Assembly (NCBI RefSeq): GCF_000400465.1
Contig: NW_008806276.1
Location: 1-62,000 of the forward strand
Direction of reading: 5' to 3'
Source of the DNA: Wallemia ichthyophaga EXF-994
Lineage: Eukaryota > Fungi > Basidiomycota
DNA length: 62,000 nucleotides
The translations under genes and the position numbers were made by a program. Below the pieces are notes generated by a model, which worked only from the letters and a program-made list of their open reading frames with translations, was not told the origin of the DNA and ran no database searches. Positions 10,333 to 22,080 of the stretch are shown piece after piece. Every line of letters starts with the position of its first letter. The stretch's first letter is position 1.

Positions 10333-11284
10333 ATGGCATCTAACGATCAAGCATCTAACAACAACTCTGAGTTTAGACTCGACAACCTCTTCTCCACCAA
10401 AGGCAAGCTCGCGTTAGTGTCTGGCGGTGGCAGCGGCATAGGACTAATGATTTCACAAGCGTTGGCCGTCAATGGTGCGCACGTGTACATCTTCTCGAGG
10501 TCAGAGAAAGTGAGACTGGTCGCGGAGACGTACAACAAGGGCGATATTAGTGGAAAGATAACTGCCTTGCAAGGGGACGTCACGAGCAAGGAAAGCATCA
10601 AGAGTCTCGTCGAGGAGTATTCGAAGCACGAGGATAGACTCGACATTCTAGTGAACAATAGTGGAATCGCCGGTTCTAAGGTGAATTTCAGTACAAACTC
10701 GGTCGAAGAATTAAGCAACAACCTTTTCAACAGTGACACATTCGAGAACTGGGAGGAAGTAATGCGTACCAACGTTAGTTCTGCGTATTTCGTGTCTGCT
10801 GCGTTTTTGCCACTGCTTAACAAGTCCAGTGAGACACAGAAAGGATGGTCAGCTACCATTCTAAACGTTACGTCTATCTCTGGCTCCGTCAAGATAACAC
10901 AACATCATCCGGCTTACAACTGCAGCAAGGCGGCAGCAAACTACCTCACAAAATCACTTGCAAACGAGCTCAATCTTAATGGCTTCAAGATCAGAGTTAA
11001 CGCTGTAGCGCCAGGGGTTTTTGGCTCTGAAATGACTGCAGGTGGATCGTCCGCCAATCAGAAATCGAAAATCGAAAACGACAAGTACAAGAGCCTCCCA
11101 AGTGGCCGCGTTGGAGATGATAAAGATATGGCACAAGCAGCTCTCTTTTTGATCCTCGACCAGTACGTCAACGCCCAAAGCATAATCGTCGATGGAGGTG
11201 AGTGTGGCGGCATTAATGACGTCATATGTTAGCTGAAAAGTACTCATTCCCCTTACAGGATACCAAGTCAATCATGGCCAATAA
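10333..11284 (+). CDS. Short-chain dehydrogenase/reductase (classical SDR), intron 11198-11258
   Basis: SGGGSGIG Rossmann motif, NNSG, catalytic YNCSK and VNAVAPG. A GTGAGT...CAG intron restores the C-terminal IIVDGGYQVNHGQ*. Confidence 0.92.
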
Positions 11285-13139
11285 TTTTGGGTGAGATGGT
11301 TTTTGCTGTTGAATGATATAATGAATGATGTAATTAATGACGTTGGCGCAGCTGGATTATTGTCTGTGATTCGGCCATTGGCCCAGAGTACCAGAGTGAA
11401 ACATTTCACCTTGGTGCTAAGTCATTTTATGAGGGACAAGTCAATGACCATAGCTTGATTAGAAAGTCAATCCAAGGAATGAATTGGGAAAAATTGTCAG
11501 TAAATATGTCACAATGAGTATTTCAATCAGTAAAAATGAACGACATTTTTAAGTATATTAAATGGATTCATGTGGCAACTCATACAGCACGTGTTTGCAT
11601 ATCTCACCAGATGACATCACCTACTATAGAGCTCTACATCCTCACTTTTCGTTGATTAAGCTGTGACTCTGAAGATGTTTTATGTTCTCCGCTGAGTGCG
11701 ATTGCGATATTCATCTCTCGTCTCGACTCACGAAGCGCATTCGTCATCAAAGATTCCGCGATCAACGATCAGCGATCAGCGAAGAACGGTGATGAGTCTG
11801 CGATGAATTGAGATTCATAACTCTGATAAAGCTGCTAAGCCGACTAGTTGACTAACCGACTAGCCTTCTTGGTTAATGCTGCCTTCTTCGTTCCTCTCTC
11901 CGTCACCATCACTGCCACCAAGAGGGATAGTCACATTAAACTTATTCAACTTATTAAACTTCGATTTCGTCTTATTACTCGCTTAGTTGTGCTGGATCGT
12001 TAAAAATGTCCATCAAGCAAAGGAGTGTGATAATGTTCAATCGATTGTACACTATATTTAAGTATCTACACTGCCTTCTTCAAAAAGGCCAGATAGGTCA
12101 TTCTATTCGCTTGCCACTGATTAATCGATTAACTTGACGGAGATAGTATCCGTATTCATTAAAACCGAGGAAGTGTCACTTTGAGGGCTTGGCGCGAAGG
12201 GTTCATATTCGTCTTCCTGATGAAATTGAGAGTCTGTTAGTTGCAAGGGGGCTAGCATGACTACGGTCAATAGATTCCTGCACATTATCTTTTTGCTCAA
12301 TCAAGAGAGAAGAGGCCGTTGCACTAAGTTTACGCGAACTATCCGGACCTACATGGGAATTTCAGGCTTATATGTTGGGCTGCCGAATGTAGAGTGCATC
12401 TGGCCATACGTCTTTGGCATTGTGATGAACGGCATTTTCAGTGGCTGCATCAACAAAGAAGCATTCGCCAGGATGATCATAATTCGGTTTTGATCTTCGA
12501 AGCGCTTTCGAGCGCTTCTCGTTTTCATCGGGGAATTACCCTTTATTTTGCTAGAGGAAGCACGTATATCTGTTTCAGAATCTTCAGAACTCCATAAAGT
12601 CTCGCTAATTGAGTTGCTTCTTTTAGGGGTACCAACAGCGAGATCAGGGAAACCCTTTAAAAATTGCCGTAGTTGTGTCTTCGATGCCTATAGATAACGC
12701 ATGATTAGCTGGCTGCTATTTACAAAAGCTGCAAAGAGACGCTTACACGCGCGCTTTGTCTCGTTCTAGAGGTCTTGTCCTTCTTGCGAGCATCATTTGA
12801 TGCAGGGAAAACGATTGCTTTTGGCATAATTTTGGTTGCAAGTATCATGTTGCAATTGGTCCTTGTTAAGCGTTTGAGTTATGGGATGCAAACGCGTCGA
12901 GAAAGGCATTCGACATTCGATTTTTAGTCAATTTCATCGAAACATAAATGGAAAATGGTTTAGAAATCAAAATCAGCTTATCAATTATCACATTTTTTAT
13001 AGGATTCCATAGATTATGCAGGCGCTTTTCCTGCTTTTCTCCCTTTGCTTTGATCTTCGGGTAATGTTTGTGAATCCGGCGAAAAAGATAATAATGAGGG
13101 AGATAACCCAGTGGAAGTAACTGAACTTTATTGAATTTT

Positions 13140-14300
13140 CATATCAAAGTATCAATTATTTAGCATACTTCGTTATCAAGGCTGTACAAACCTTGGCATC
13201 TGATTGTTGATAGCTTGCTATGTGAGGATAGATACATACGAAGGCGATATTTTAGGAAGGACTTTAGAGAAAAGTAGCTTTTTATGCCGAAGGGAATTAA
13301 AGATCGACGTGTCATCATTGCAGCATGGCTGCCGATGCACTTAGATAGAGGGCAGACGCTGCGATAAAAAAGGTTCAAGAAGAAATAGAAGTAAATTTTG
13401 AGTGTCATAGGTATTTGAAGATGACAACGTCGCATACCTCAGTCCCTATCATTCTCATGCAGTGGTGCCTACCTCTGTCAAAGCGTTAATAAGTTCGCGA
13501 GTTAAATGACCATGATAAACTTTCCAAACCTGCTAAAAACTGGAAGATCGCATTTGACAACAAACGGAGATAATCCCTCCGTGATGCTGGCCTTAAAGAG
13601 TTAATGTCATACTTGCAACCAAAGCTGGAGACTCTTAAGATATATTCGGCTAGGATTAATAACGCCTTGCATTTGATGGGGTCTCATTCAAAGACCTTGC
13701 ACTGTAAGGTCTCATATTTAAACAATTTAGGTATATTGACGTTTTATTTGCACTACTTTGACTTTTTAACTTCTCAACAAATCGTTGAACCATTACTATT
13801 TAATCTAATAAGAAGAGGTGGATGTGTTGAAAATTTGGTTCATCTGCCTTGTGGAGCCGTAGCAGTCAACTTGAAACGACATTGAAAACTATTTCACTTC
13901 AGTATTTGGAAGAACTAATTTATGAACAGTTAGGGGGATCAACATGGACTTGTTTGAAATCTGCCGAAAAGATATGTAAACTCACAAGGTGGCTACTTTC
14001 ATCTTTGAACACAGCAAGTCAGATACATTTGGCGATAGATTTAACCGCGATTTTCATGACGACTCAAGTTCAAAGCCAGAAGAAGTATTAATTACTCTAA
14101 GAAACATCAATCAATAAGCATTCTATCGTTTCTTTTCGATATTCCAACTTTCGTGATGAAATGGTTCGTGAAGAGGGGCTGTTATGGAGACAATTTAATT
14201 TTTTGATTCGATGTTTAAGTTGAATTTAAGGAATCCCTCAAGCTTGAGATAATATTTAAATAGTATGTGCTATACCTGCCAAGTAATTACACTTAACTCA
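13140..14300 (+). pseudogene. Decayed F-box/RNI-like gene remnant
   Basis: RLYKPWHLIVDSLLCEDRYI resembles the end of fungal F-box motifs. Downstream pieces LETLKIYS and LQYLEELI are LRR-like, with multiple stops and frameshifts. Confidence 0.3.
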
Positions 14301-14667
14301 GGAACTTACGACATTCACGTGCCTTAAAGAAGTTTACCAAATTGAATTTTGTAATCAATTAGTGTAACGTAGGTATAGAATCGCGTGTAATTTAGGTGAA
14401 GAATCACATGTCTTACAGAGCGGATCCTTGCATTCATGAGTACTCTAATGCGTTCGGCCTGCGGTCAAATAAGCCAAGACGCAATTGATTTCACCGGCTT
14501 AGAAGCTCTGACAATTAATAAAAAAAACCTCTACATAGCCATCTCATTCATACGAGATTCCCTTGATGCAGACCGATGTAATTATATATAGAAAGCTGCC
14601 AAGGTCTAAATATAAATGCGCAATTTTGATTTCTCTTGATTGATAGATATCGATAAAGCTAAGTCAA

Positions 14668-16329
14668 ATGTATAATCATCAAAATGGATTTGAAAACCAG
14701 CTACTCTACCGCGACTACTATCGCTTTCCAACACCCGGCAACTCAATAGCACCGCCTCCTCATCCTCAAGACTACGGGTTGAGAGTACAGCCAGAATTAA
14801 GCAAATCAAGCAGATTGTTCCAAACCTCTCTGCACCCACCCGAGCCAGAGTAAGTAGTGTTTTGATAGCGTAGATAGGCTCCTGACATCACTGCATGAAC
14901 ATCTTGGCAAGCAATGGCCCTTATTATAGAAGGTGGATACGAATTATAACGGTGCAATTTACGCCTAACGAAATGTAGCACTCCAATTCCACAACTGCAA
15001 CAATCGCAGCAACTTCTCCAACCACAATCGCAGCAACTTCTCCAACCACAACCACAGCCTCAATATATTAAATCACAACCTCAGTATCAACAACAAAATG
15101 TACCACCACAAAGACAACCCCCACAATATCAGAGTCAAGTACGCTTCGAGGAACCAGCTAATCACGTGAACAATCAAAGACCTCAAAGACCGCGGAGAAA
15201 GAGGCCTACCAATGAAACACGCTCTTTTGGCCGTGGTGTTAAAGTAAATTATCAGTATTCGGAATGTACCGGCAGAAAAAAGGCGTTGTGCATTGTGAAT
15301 TGAGGTCTTAAAAATTACGCTGACACATCTGACGCAAGTTTAAGGGAATCAACTACGTAGGGACCGAAAATGAATTAGGTGGATGCCAGAACGACGCTGT
15401 GAGTGCACTTGCGCATTCAATACCCTTTTAAGACTCTTTGCAGGACAAAATACGAAGATTTTTGATCAAGAGATGCGGATATAAGCCTCAAAACATTATG
15501 CTTCTCAAGGATTCGAGTGAGATGGGTCAGAATATGCAGCCAACAAAGAGAAACCTCTTTAGAGCCATGGATTGGCTGGTGCAGGGTGCTAAGCTTAACG
15601 ACGCACTGTTTTTTCACTATAGTGGACATGGTGGACGCACAAAAGACTTGAGCGGTGATGAAATCGATGGTTTTGATGAAACTATCTTTCCTGTGGACTT
15701 TCAAAAGGTTGTTCATGTGTTTCAAAAAAGTACTACTGACATCCATTAAGGCTGGTCATATAATCGATGACACAATGCATGAGAAGCTAGTACAGCCACT
15801 GCCTGGTAGGTACACCGTTGGGTGATAATTTTCGCTGACAATAGAAGCTGGCTGTAGACTCACTGCGCTATTTGACTCTTGCCATAGTGGTACAGCGCTT
15901 GATCTGCCGTTCATGTACGACAGTAATGGTGAGGTCAAAGAGCCGGACGTCTTGAAAATGGCAGCCGGTGAACTGTTTTCTCACAAATTACCTAACGGGA
16001 TGATACTACCTCTACACGATATTTATTATTTTTCCAAAAAGCTGCTCACTGGCAGGTCAGAGGACAAGAAGCGAAAAAAGACGAAATTCAGTCCAGCGGA
16101 TGTAATTATGTTCGCAGCTTCCAAGGATTCAGAGACAGCTGCAGACGCTGGTCAGAGTGGCGCTATGAGCTATGCTTTTCTATCAATCCTCTACAAAAAT
16201 CGTGACGATGATCTCTCTTTCATCGATCTTTTAAATACTATCCGTGATCACATGAGAGGTACATACAGCCAACGGCCTCAACTCAGTAGCAGTCATGAGC
16301 TTGACATGGATCTCGCTTTCGTGTGCTGA
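14668..16329 (+). CDS. MCA1: Type I metacaspase, multi-exon
   Basis: Q/P-rich prodomain, YSECTGRKKALCI|GINY, catalytic HYSGHG and DSCHSG (15874-15891), and C-terminal YSQRPQLSSSH. The 5' exon structure (14850-14980) is not fully resolved. Confidence 0.93.
15001..15048 (+). repeat. Perfect 24-bp tandem duplication in the metacaspase prodomain (QSQQLLQP x2)
   Basis: CAATCGCAGCAACTTCTCCAACCA occurs twice in tandem. Confidence 0.9.
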
Positions 16330-19300
16330 ATCCAATTGTTCTATTGACTATGCTGATCAGCCATCAATCTAAGCAGTGGATAGAAAATAAACTCAATGAA
16401 AGCTAAAAACAACAAGCATTGAAACTAGCTTGTGCTTTGTATTTTCACAACATACTTCTTTCCAAAATACCATCACCTTCATTAGCAGTAGTAAATCTGC
16501 AAGCTTATCATTAGAAATTTTTCAAGGAAACTTTGAAAAAAGCCCTACTCCTAGGATCTACGTGTCAGCTTTTACTCTTCAAGATAGCCAAAATCTTCTC
16601 TTAAAAATGAAAACATACATTTGAAAAATTCATTTGAAAAATGGGAGCAAGGTTTGTCATAAAGTGTAAATTAAGCATCCATTAAATGCATGAATTCTGT
16701 AAACTTCTTCATTGAGTTTTTAATCTACACAAAGCATCTATTAAGAGCATGGACTAACCTAAACTAAACCTAAACCTAACCATCTGGGTTGTGGTTTTTG
16801 TTGAAGCAATCGTACCAGGATGAAATAAACAAAAAGATGATGAGTATAGGTGCAGAAGGTATGCTGCCTTTTATACTCGCGATTGTGCGCTAGTGAATAG
16901 AATCGGAGAATCGACGCGCGAGATCAGATCAAAATAATTAAAATTCTGGAAATATCCGATCTTTCGGGGTGGAGGAGGGCAGCAAAGCTAAGAACATGGG
17001 CTTTTCAAAGGCGTTGAATCTGCCTAACCATTGATATACCTTCCAGCTACACCCGTTGCCTTGATACTAAAAATTTGCATTTGAAGTTCTAGGAAATCGT
17101 CTAACGCGTCTCGAGTTTGGTCCTTTAGCGCGAAAATAGTTTTGATACGTCAAAACGCACTGCAAAAGCCAAACAGTCGACTCCTAGCTGGATGCAAAGT
17201 AATATGTGCAACTTGTCTTGTCAAGAATCCCTTGGACCCATCGTCGATGAATTTGATTGGGCCAGGCCGCAAAAATAAGCCCAACAATAGCGGCTAGATA
17301 ATTTAAACTTTACAGTAGTTTTCACCCCAAATACCCCCGCAAAGGCCTTCCACCTACCCTCACATACTTGCGCGTTGTGGCCACCCTAGGCGCATAGACA
17401 ACATTAAAACAGAGCGATACTTTCAGTTAAACATCTGCAGGCTTCATTTAACACGCCCGCCTAATATTTTGGGTTTGGGTGCGGTGAAGGTGGCGCGTAC
17501 CTTTTTTTTTATAATAAAGACCTGAAGATCTAAGCTATTCACCCAAAGAAGTCGCCAAAGACTTCTATTGTACTCAAATCAAAAGATTTGAGAGAATGTC
17601 TAGTCTGACCCGTCCTCACTAGAGGCGCCCACTCAAATTGCTCTAGATGTTTCTTACGTTCTAGCTTTTCCTAAGCTTAAGCTAAACGTGGGATACCTCC
17701 TCTACAGTGTTTATGCTCAAATGCAAATGCATAGCTCTTCTAAATTATCCATATCATAGCGTCTTAGCCATTGGAGACAATATATTGATGATTGTGATTT
17801 GAAAAATAAGGCGCTACCATCCGTGTATTGAGCTCTATTTGTGGCTATTGAATCAAATAGCTATCTTCAAATGACGTTCTAAGCCTGAATCAAAGCCGGT
17901 ATTCGACACATTATACGGATCTACCAACGTACTTTCCCCTCTCAGAACTAATTTACCATTATATCACTAAATGATTGAATCTCTGATGGTGACGCGTAAT
18001 TTTTGACTGAAGTCGAGCGTCTCGACACTACGACAATATAACATGTGACACAGATAGGTAGAATATTATAGCAAAACTACTACAGCTCGGTGATTATCGC
18101 CTATTCACTTTCTGTGCTAATACTGCTGTTTAAGTTGAGTCACGCCCACAGTCTATACGCAACCACCAAGATCGATAATCTTACTTGTCTAGTCTCAATT
18201 AATCAATCTAGTTGATTTTTTAAGCTTTTTAACAAACCATCTCGGTGCCTTACCATCCCTATATACTCTTGCCTACGTATCTTTTTAAAGTACCCGCTTA
18301 TGCTGATAAACCTTGGATAGCTCATTAGAGCCAAGAAACAAACCTTCTGTTAATTTTTCTTAAGTTGCGACTAAGCAACTTTATTTTTCTATAACCTAAC
18401 ACGATCAAAATCTGACTATCAATGACACTAACACTGTCTCACTACTTTGTTATGACATCAACTCAACGGATGAAAAGGTTGACCAAAACGTTCTGAGCGT
18501 TGATAATGGCCTCGTTTTATTTAATACTTATTTAGGTCATGCATTATGATAGATGCGGTGTAGTCGTGAGTGTCTTTCAGTTTGCACTTATTTGCATGGA
18601 TGAGATAGTGAAACATCAAAGTCGGTCGAGCTTTTCAAGTACTGTCTAAATTAAAGTGATACAAAGAATGACAGACAGCCTTTCAAATGAGGGAGATTGG
18701 AGTGCAGTTGACACCGACGAGATCATCGTACTTGACAAATTTAAAGTTAGTTGGGGTGTGCTGCACTCGTCTGGGCTATTAGTTATGATATGAAACGATC
18801 CCATTTACAAACCCTCAATTGCAAGACTTGAATGCATTGAATGGCGACTTGTTCGAGAACGTCGCCAGTGTGGAGGAGACTTAATTATCTACCGATTGAT
18901 CTTTTTATCCTCTTATTTTTATTACAACATGAAGCTCTTGCTGGATGTAGGTGGTTAGGAAATCAAAAGAAAAAGTTAAACTCTAAGAACACCGCTGGGA
19001 TGATAGTGATACGCGTCAATGTCACATTTCGTGATGCTGACAAGTAAGAGAAGCTGGGATGTTTTTACTGGTAACGCTTTGATTGCGACTCTGTGTAATC
19101 TCCATGGATATTACTTAGATGGAAAGAGGATCAGTGGCGGCAGACAGATGAGCTATCTGAGAATGTCTATTCTTGTAATGAGAAAGTACAAACGCATTCG
19201 ATTTAATAATTAAATACGATAACTTTTTAGTAGATATACTTTTAGAAAAGTACTTTTGCTGCGAAGGTACTATATTAGGAAACTAATTCACAAGCGTTGA

Positions 19301-19889
19301 AGAACTTAAGTAAGCTTATTGTGTATACTTTGTTGTAATGCTTCTTTTTGTGATTGTGGAAGGCTCGTAGAATAATCAGGTTATTGCATATTGGACATTT
19401 AATACGGGTACGAGTTGGTTCGGTAAATCTTAACACCGATGTATTCATGTCACAGTGAGCTTCCCACTCTCTATAAATCTTGTTACTATCCAACATTGAT
19501 TTCCCACTTTGATAACATGTATTAGATGAAGAGTCTTTTTAGAATAAGAACGACAACAGAAGGTGTTGCATAAGAATGATTACATGCGCATAAAGACATA
19601 TCATGCTACAATATATACTTATTCAACTTCGTATTTCTTTATTTTCCACGTTGGCGATTTGGTGGTGCCTTTACAGCCGCAACTCACTTGCCAGCTATAT
19701 ATACGACGGCGCCAATTTGGATACAGCCTTAGGGCTACTAGGGGTAAATTTTAAGGTGTAAAAGTGCTATCGATGCGCTTTTTGCCTTTTATGACAAAGC
19801 CTAGTCGATTAAAGAAAATTTTTACAGGCGTATAATAGTCTCAATTCAGCATAAGATGAGGTTTTGTCTAGTGAAGCAATTCAATGATT

Positions 19890-20140
19890 TAATTTTAGAT
19901 ACGTCTATTTGAAATAAATGAGAGTCACATTCTATATTTCACACCAAATCTTGGTCAAGACATCACAGCAGTTTACCAATTAAAGCATTGTAGTCTAATT
20001 TTCATCTTTTATATTTTGTGTGATTCAGCGAAATAAAATTCGATATCACCAGAAAAAAATATGCTGCATCGATTAAAGCAAGAACGCCATGAATCGCACC
20101 TAAAACCTTATTGTAAGAGACGATGTTATAGAAAATGGAT
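19890..20140 (+). repeat. Diverged duplicated segment, copy 2 (partner at ~6420-6740)
   Basis: Same colinear matches as listed for copy 1. Confidence 0.75.
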
Positions 20141-22080
20141 TCATTACAGTCATCGGTACTGAGACATGAAGGCGGTCAATTGCTAGTGCTTAGGGACTTA
20201 AATTATTTACATCTTTAGCTGAGGTTATAAAGTATGCTTGTGGTTTTGTTGGTGGATGTAATGATAAGTGAGATTGCACATACGTTAAAGGTATCTGCGA
20301 TGCTGCTTGTGAGTAGTGTCAAAAAGCCGCGAGAGCATGCCGTAGATTACTAAAAATTGTTCTGGTATTCAGACTAGATTTCTTCAGATTTACTATATGA
20401 GAGCGCGTACACTAAATTACATTGGCCGCGTATGGTGAGTGAAATCCTGAAAATGTTTGTGCAGAATACATCTTATGCGTCGCAAAAGCACCTCAAATGT
20501 TTTATATGCTATGAGGTTTTGATATGCACATGTCTTCGCATAAATTTATTACACGGCGATTAGTCAGAGTGTCCCAATCGTTTGTTTAGTTTATCGAGTG
20601 TACATCTAACCTTGACTGGTTATCAATCAGATATAATATTAAACATGCCCTTAATAACCTGTGTGCGTATGACCTAGTGGTCAAGCGGCCCAACTCATTT
20701 CACGGGCCTATTTGAGACATCCAAATTTTCCCTTGAACAACAAGTAATCAGCTAGCAGAAATCCTCGATCATGTTGAATGAATCAACTAGAGTCATAACT
20801 AGCTCAGTGTAAGGTATACGCAATCTACAAATGACATAAAAAAAAAGTATTAGTAACGGCATGTTTGTCAAGCGTTTGGCGATGCAGAAAACCGCCTCAG
20901 TAAGCTCGGGCTGAGTATTGGCAAATTAAACAACGAATATTTTGAAAAATACTTCAGCAAATCTTCAGACAGTTACACACGATCACTCTCGAACAAAGTA
21001 CAGGCCAAGGAAGAGAAAGTCGATAGAGGCTTTGAAAAGACAAAGCAGCTTCTATTTAGCTAGTATGGTACCTCAAAAAATACTGATAGTCTAAAGGTCG
21101 TAATGTACAACAGCGTTACCGATAAATCCGACCAAACAGCCCTATCTTCAGTGGCTATCGACAAGCCCCAAATGTGGTTCTTGAGAAAAAGCGAAATGAG
21201 CTTCTCAAAGCTGCGTTTAGTTTGATTAATTTCGAGGGCGCATCTGAATACGTCGTCGACATATACATAAGAGCGTGGGCAAGGTATCTTTCAAAACAGG
21301 GTATAGGTGGCGTTTATGCACCTGTTTGTCGAGTCAAGGCTCTCTCAAAAGACTAACGGCCATAAAAATAAAGAGAATATTATGTTACGACAGGGTGATC
21401 GCGCATTTGTACAAAGTGTGTCTAAGATTTGCCAACATAGCTTAGATGGTTAAATAACCCCGTGTGTGTCTGCTCAACAAGCTGGCTATATCAAGGTGAG
21501 TAAGTAGTAAGACTCGAGCGATCGAAAAATGTAAATCACCTGTATAGAGCCGAATAAATGAGAATTCGGGTGCTTGAAGCGTCTATCGCTTAGTAACGTT
21601 GGTTTTTGTCGACAGACTAAGCCAAGTCTTCCGTATCTATCCTATAGAGTGCTCCAGGCTGATGTCGGATTGCATTCTCCAAAAAGCGTGTAGAGCGCAG
21701 TTGGAGCCTCAGAAATATAATTCTGGCGAAATGTTGTAGAGCTTATTCAGGGCTGTTTTCCCAAACTTTTTTATTTGGAGATGATCAAACCTCGTAAATC
21801 AGCCATAGTATGTCCATTGGTATGTTGATATGCGCGGTTAATAAGATCTTAAGTACGCGTCAAGCGACTTGAGATATAATGAGTGCTAGGACTATGCAAC
21901 AGACAATACATCAGCGTCTACAATCACATCACAGACGCGGCTTAGTAGCGCTCTTTGTGATTACAGCAGCGGCAACTTTTAAGAAGCGGGATTGAAATAA
22001 CATCAAACAAGCAAATCCCAATTATTTAATTAAACGCTCATTCCTAATCTCATTTCTCGTCTCCTCTATCACAAACTGCC

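Noticed and set aside
20664-20708. tRNA-like piece (GACCTAGTGGTCAAG plus GGCCC/GGGCC stem)
   Set aside because: No T-arm/B-box or acceptor pairing. At most a relic, and probably chance.
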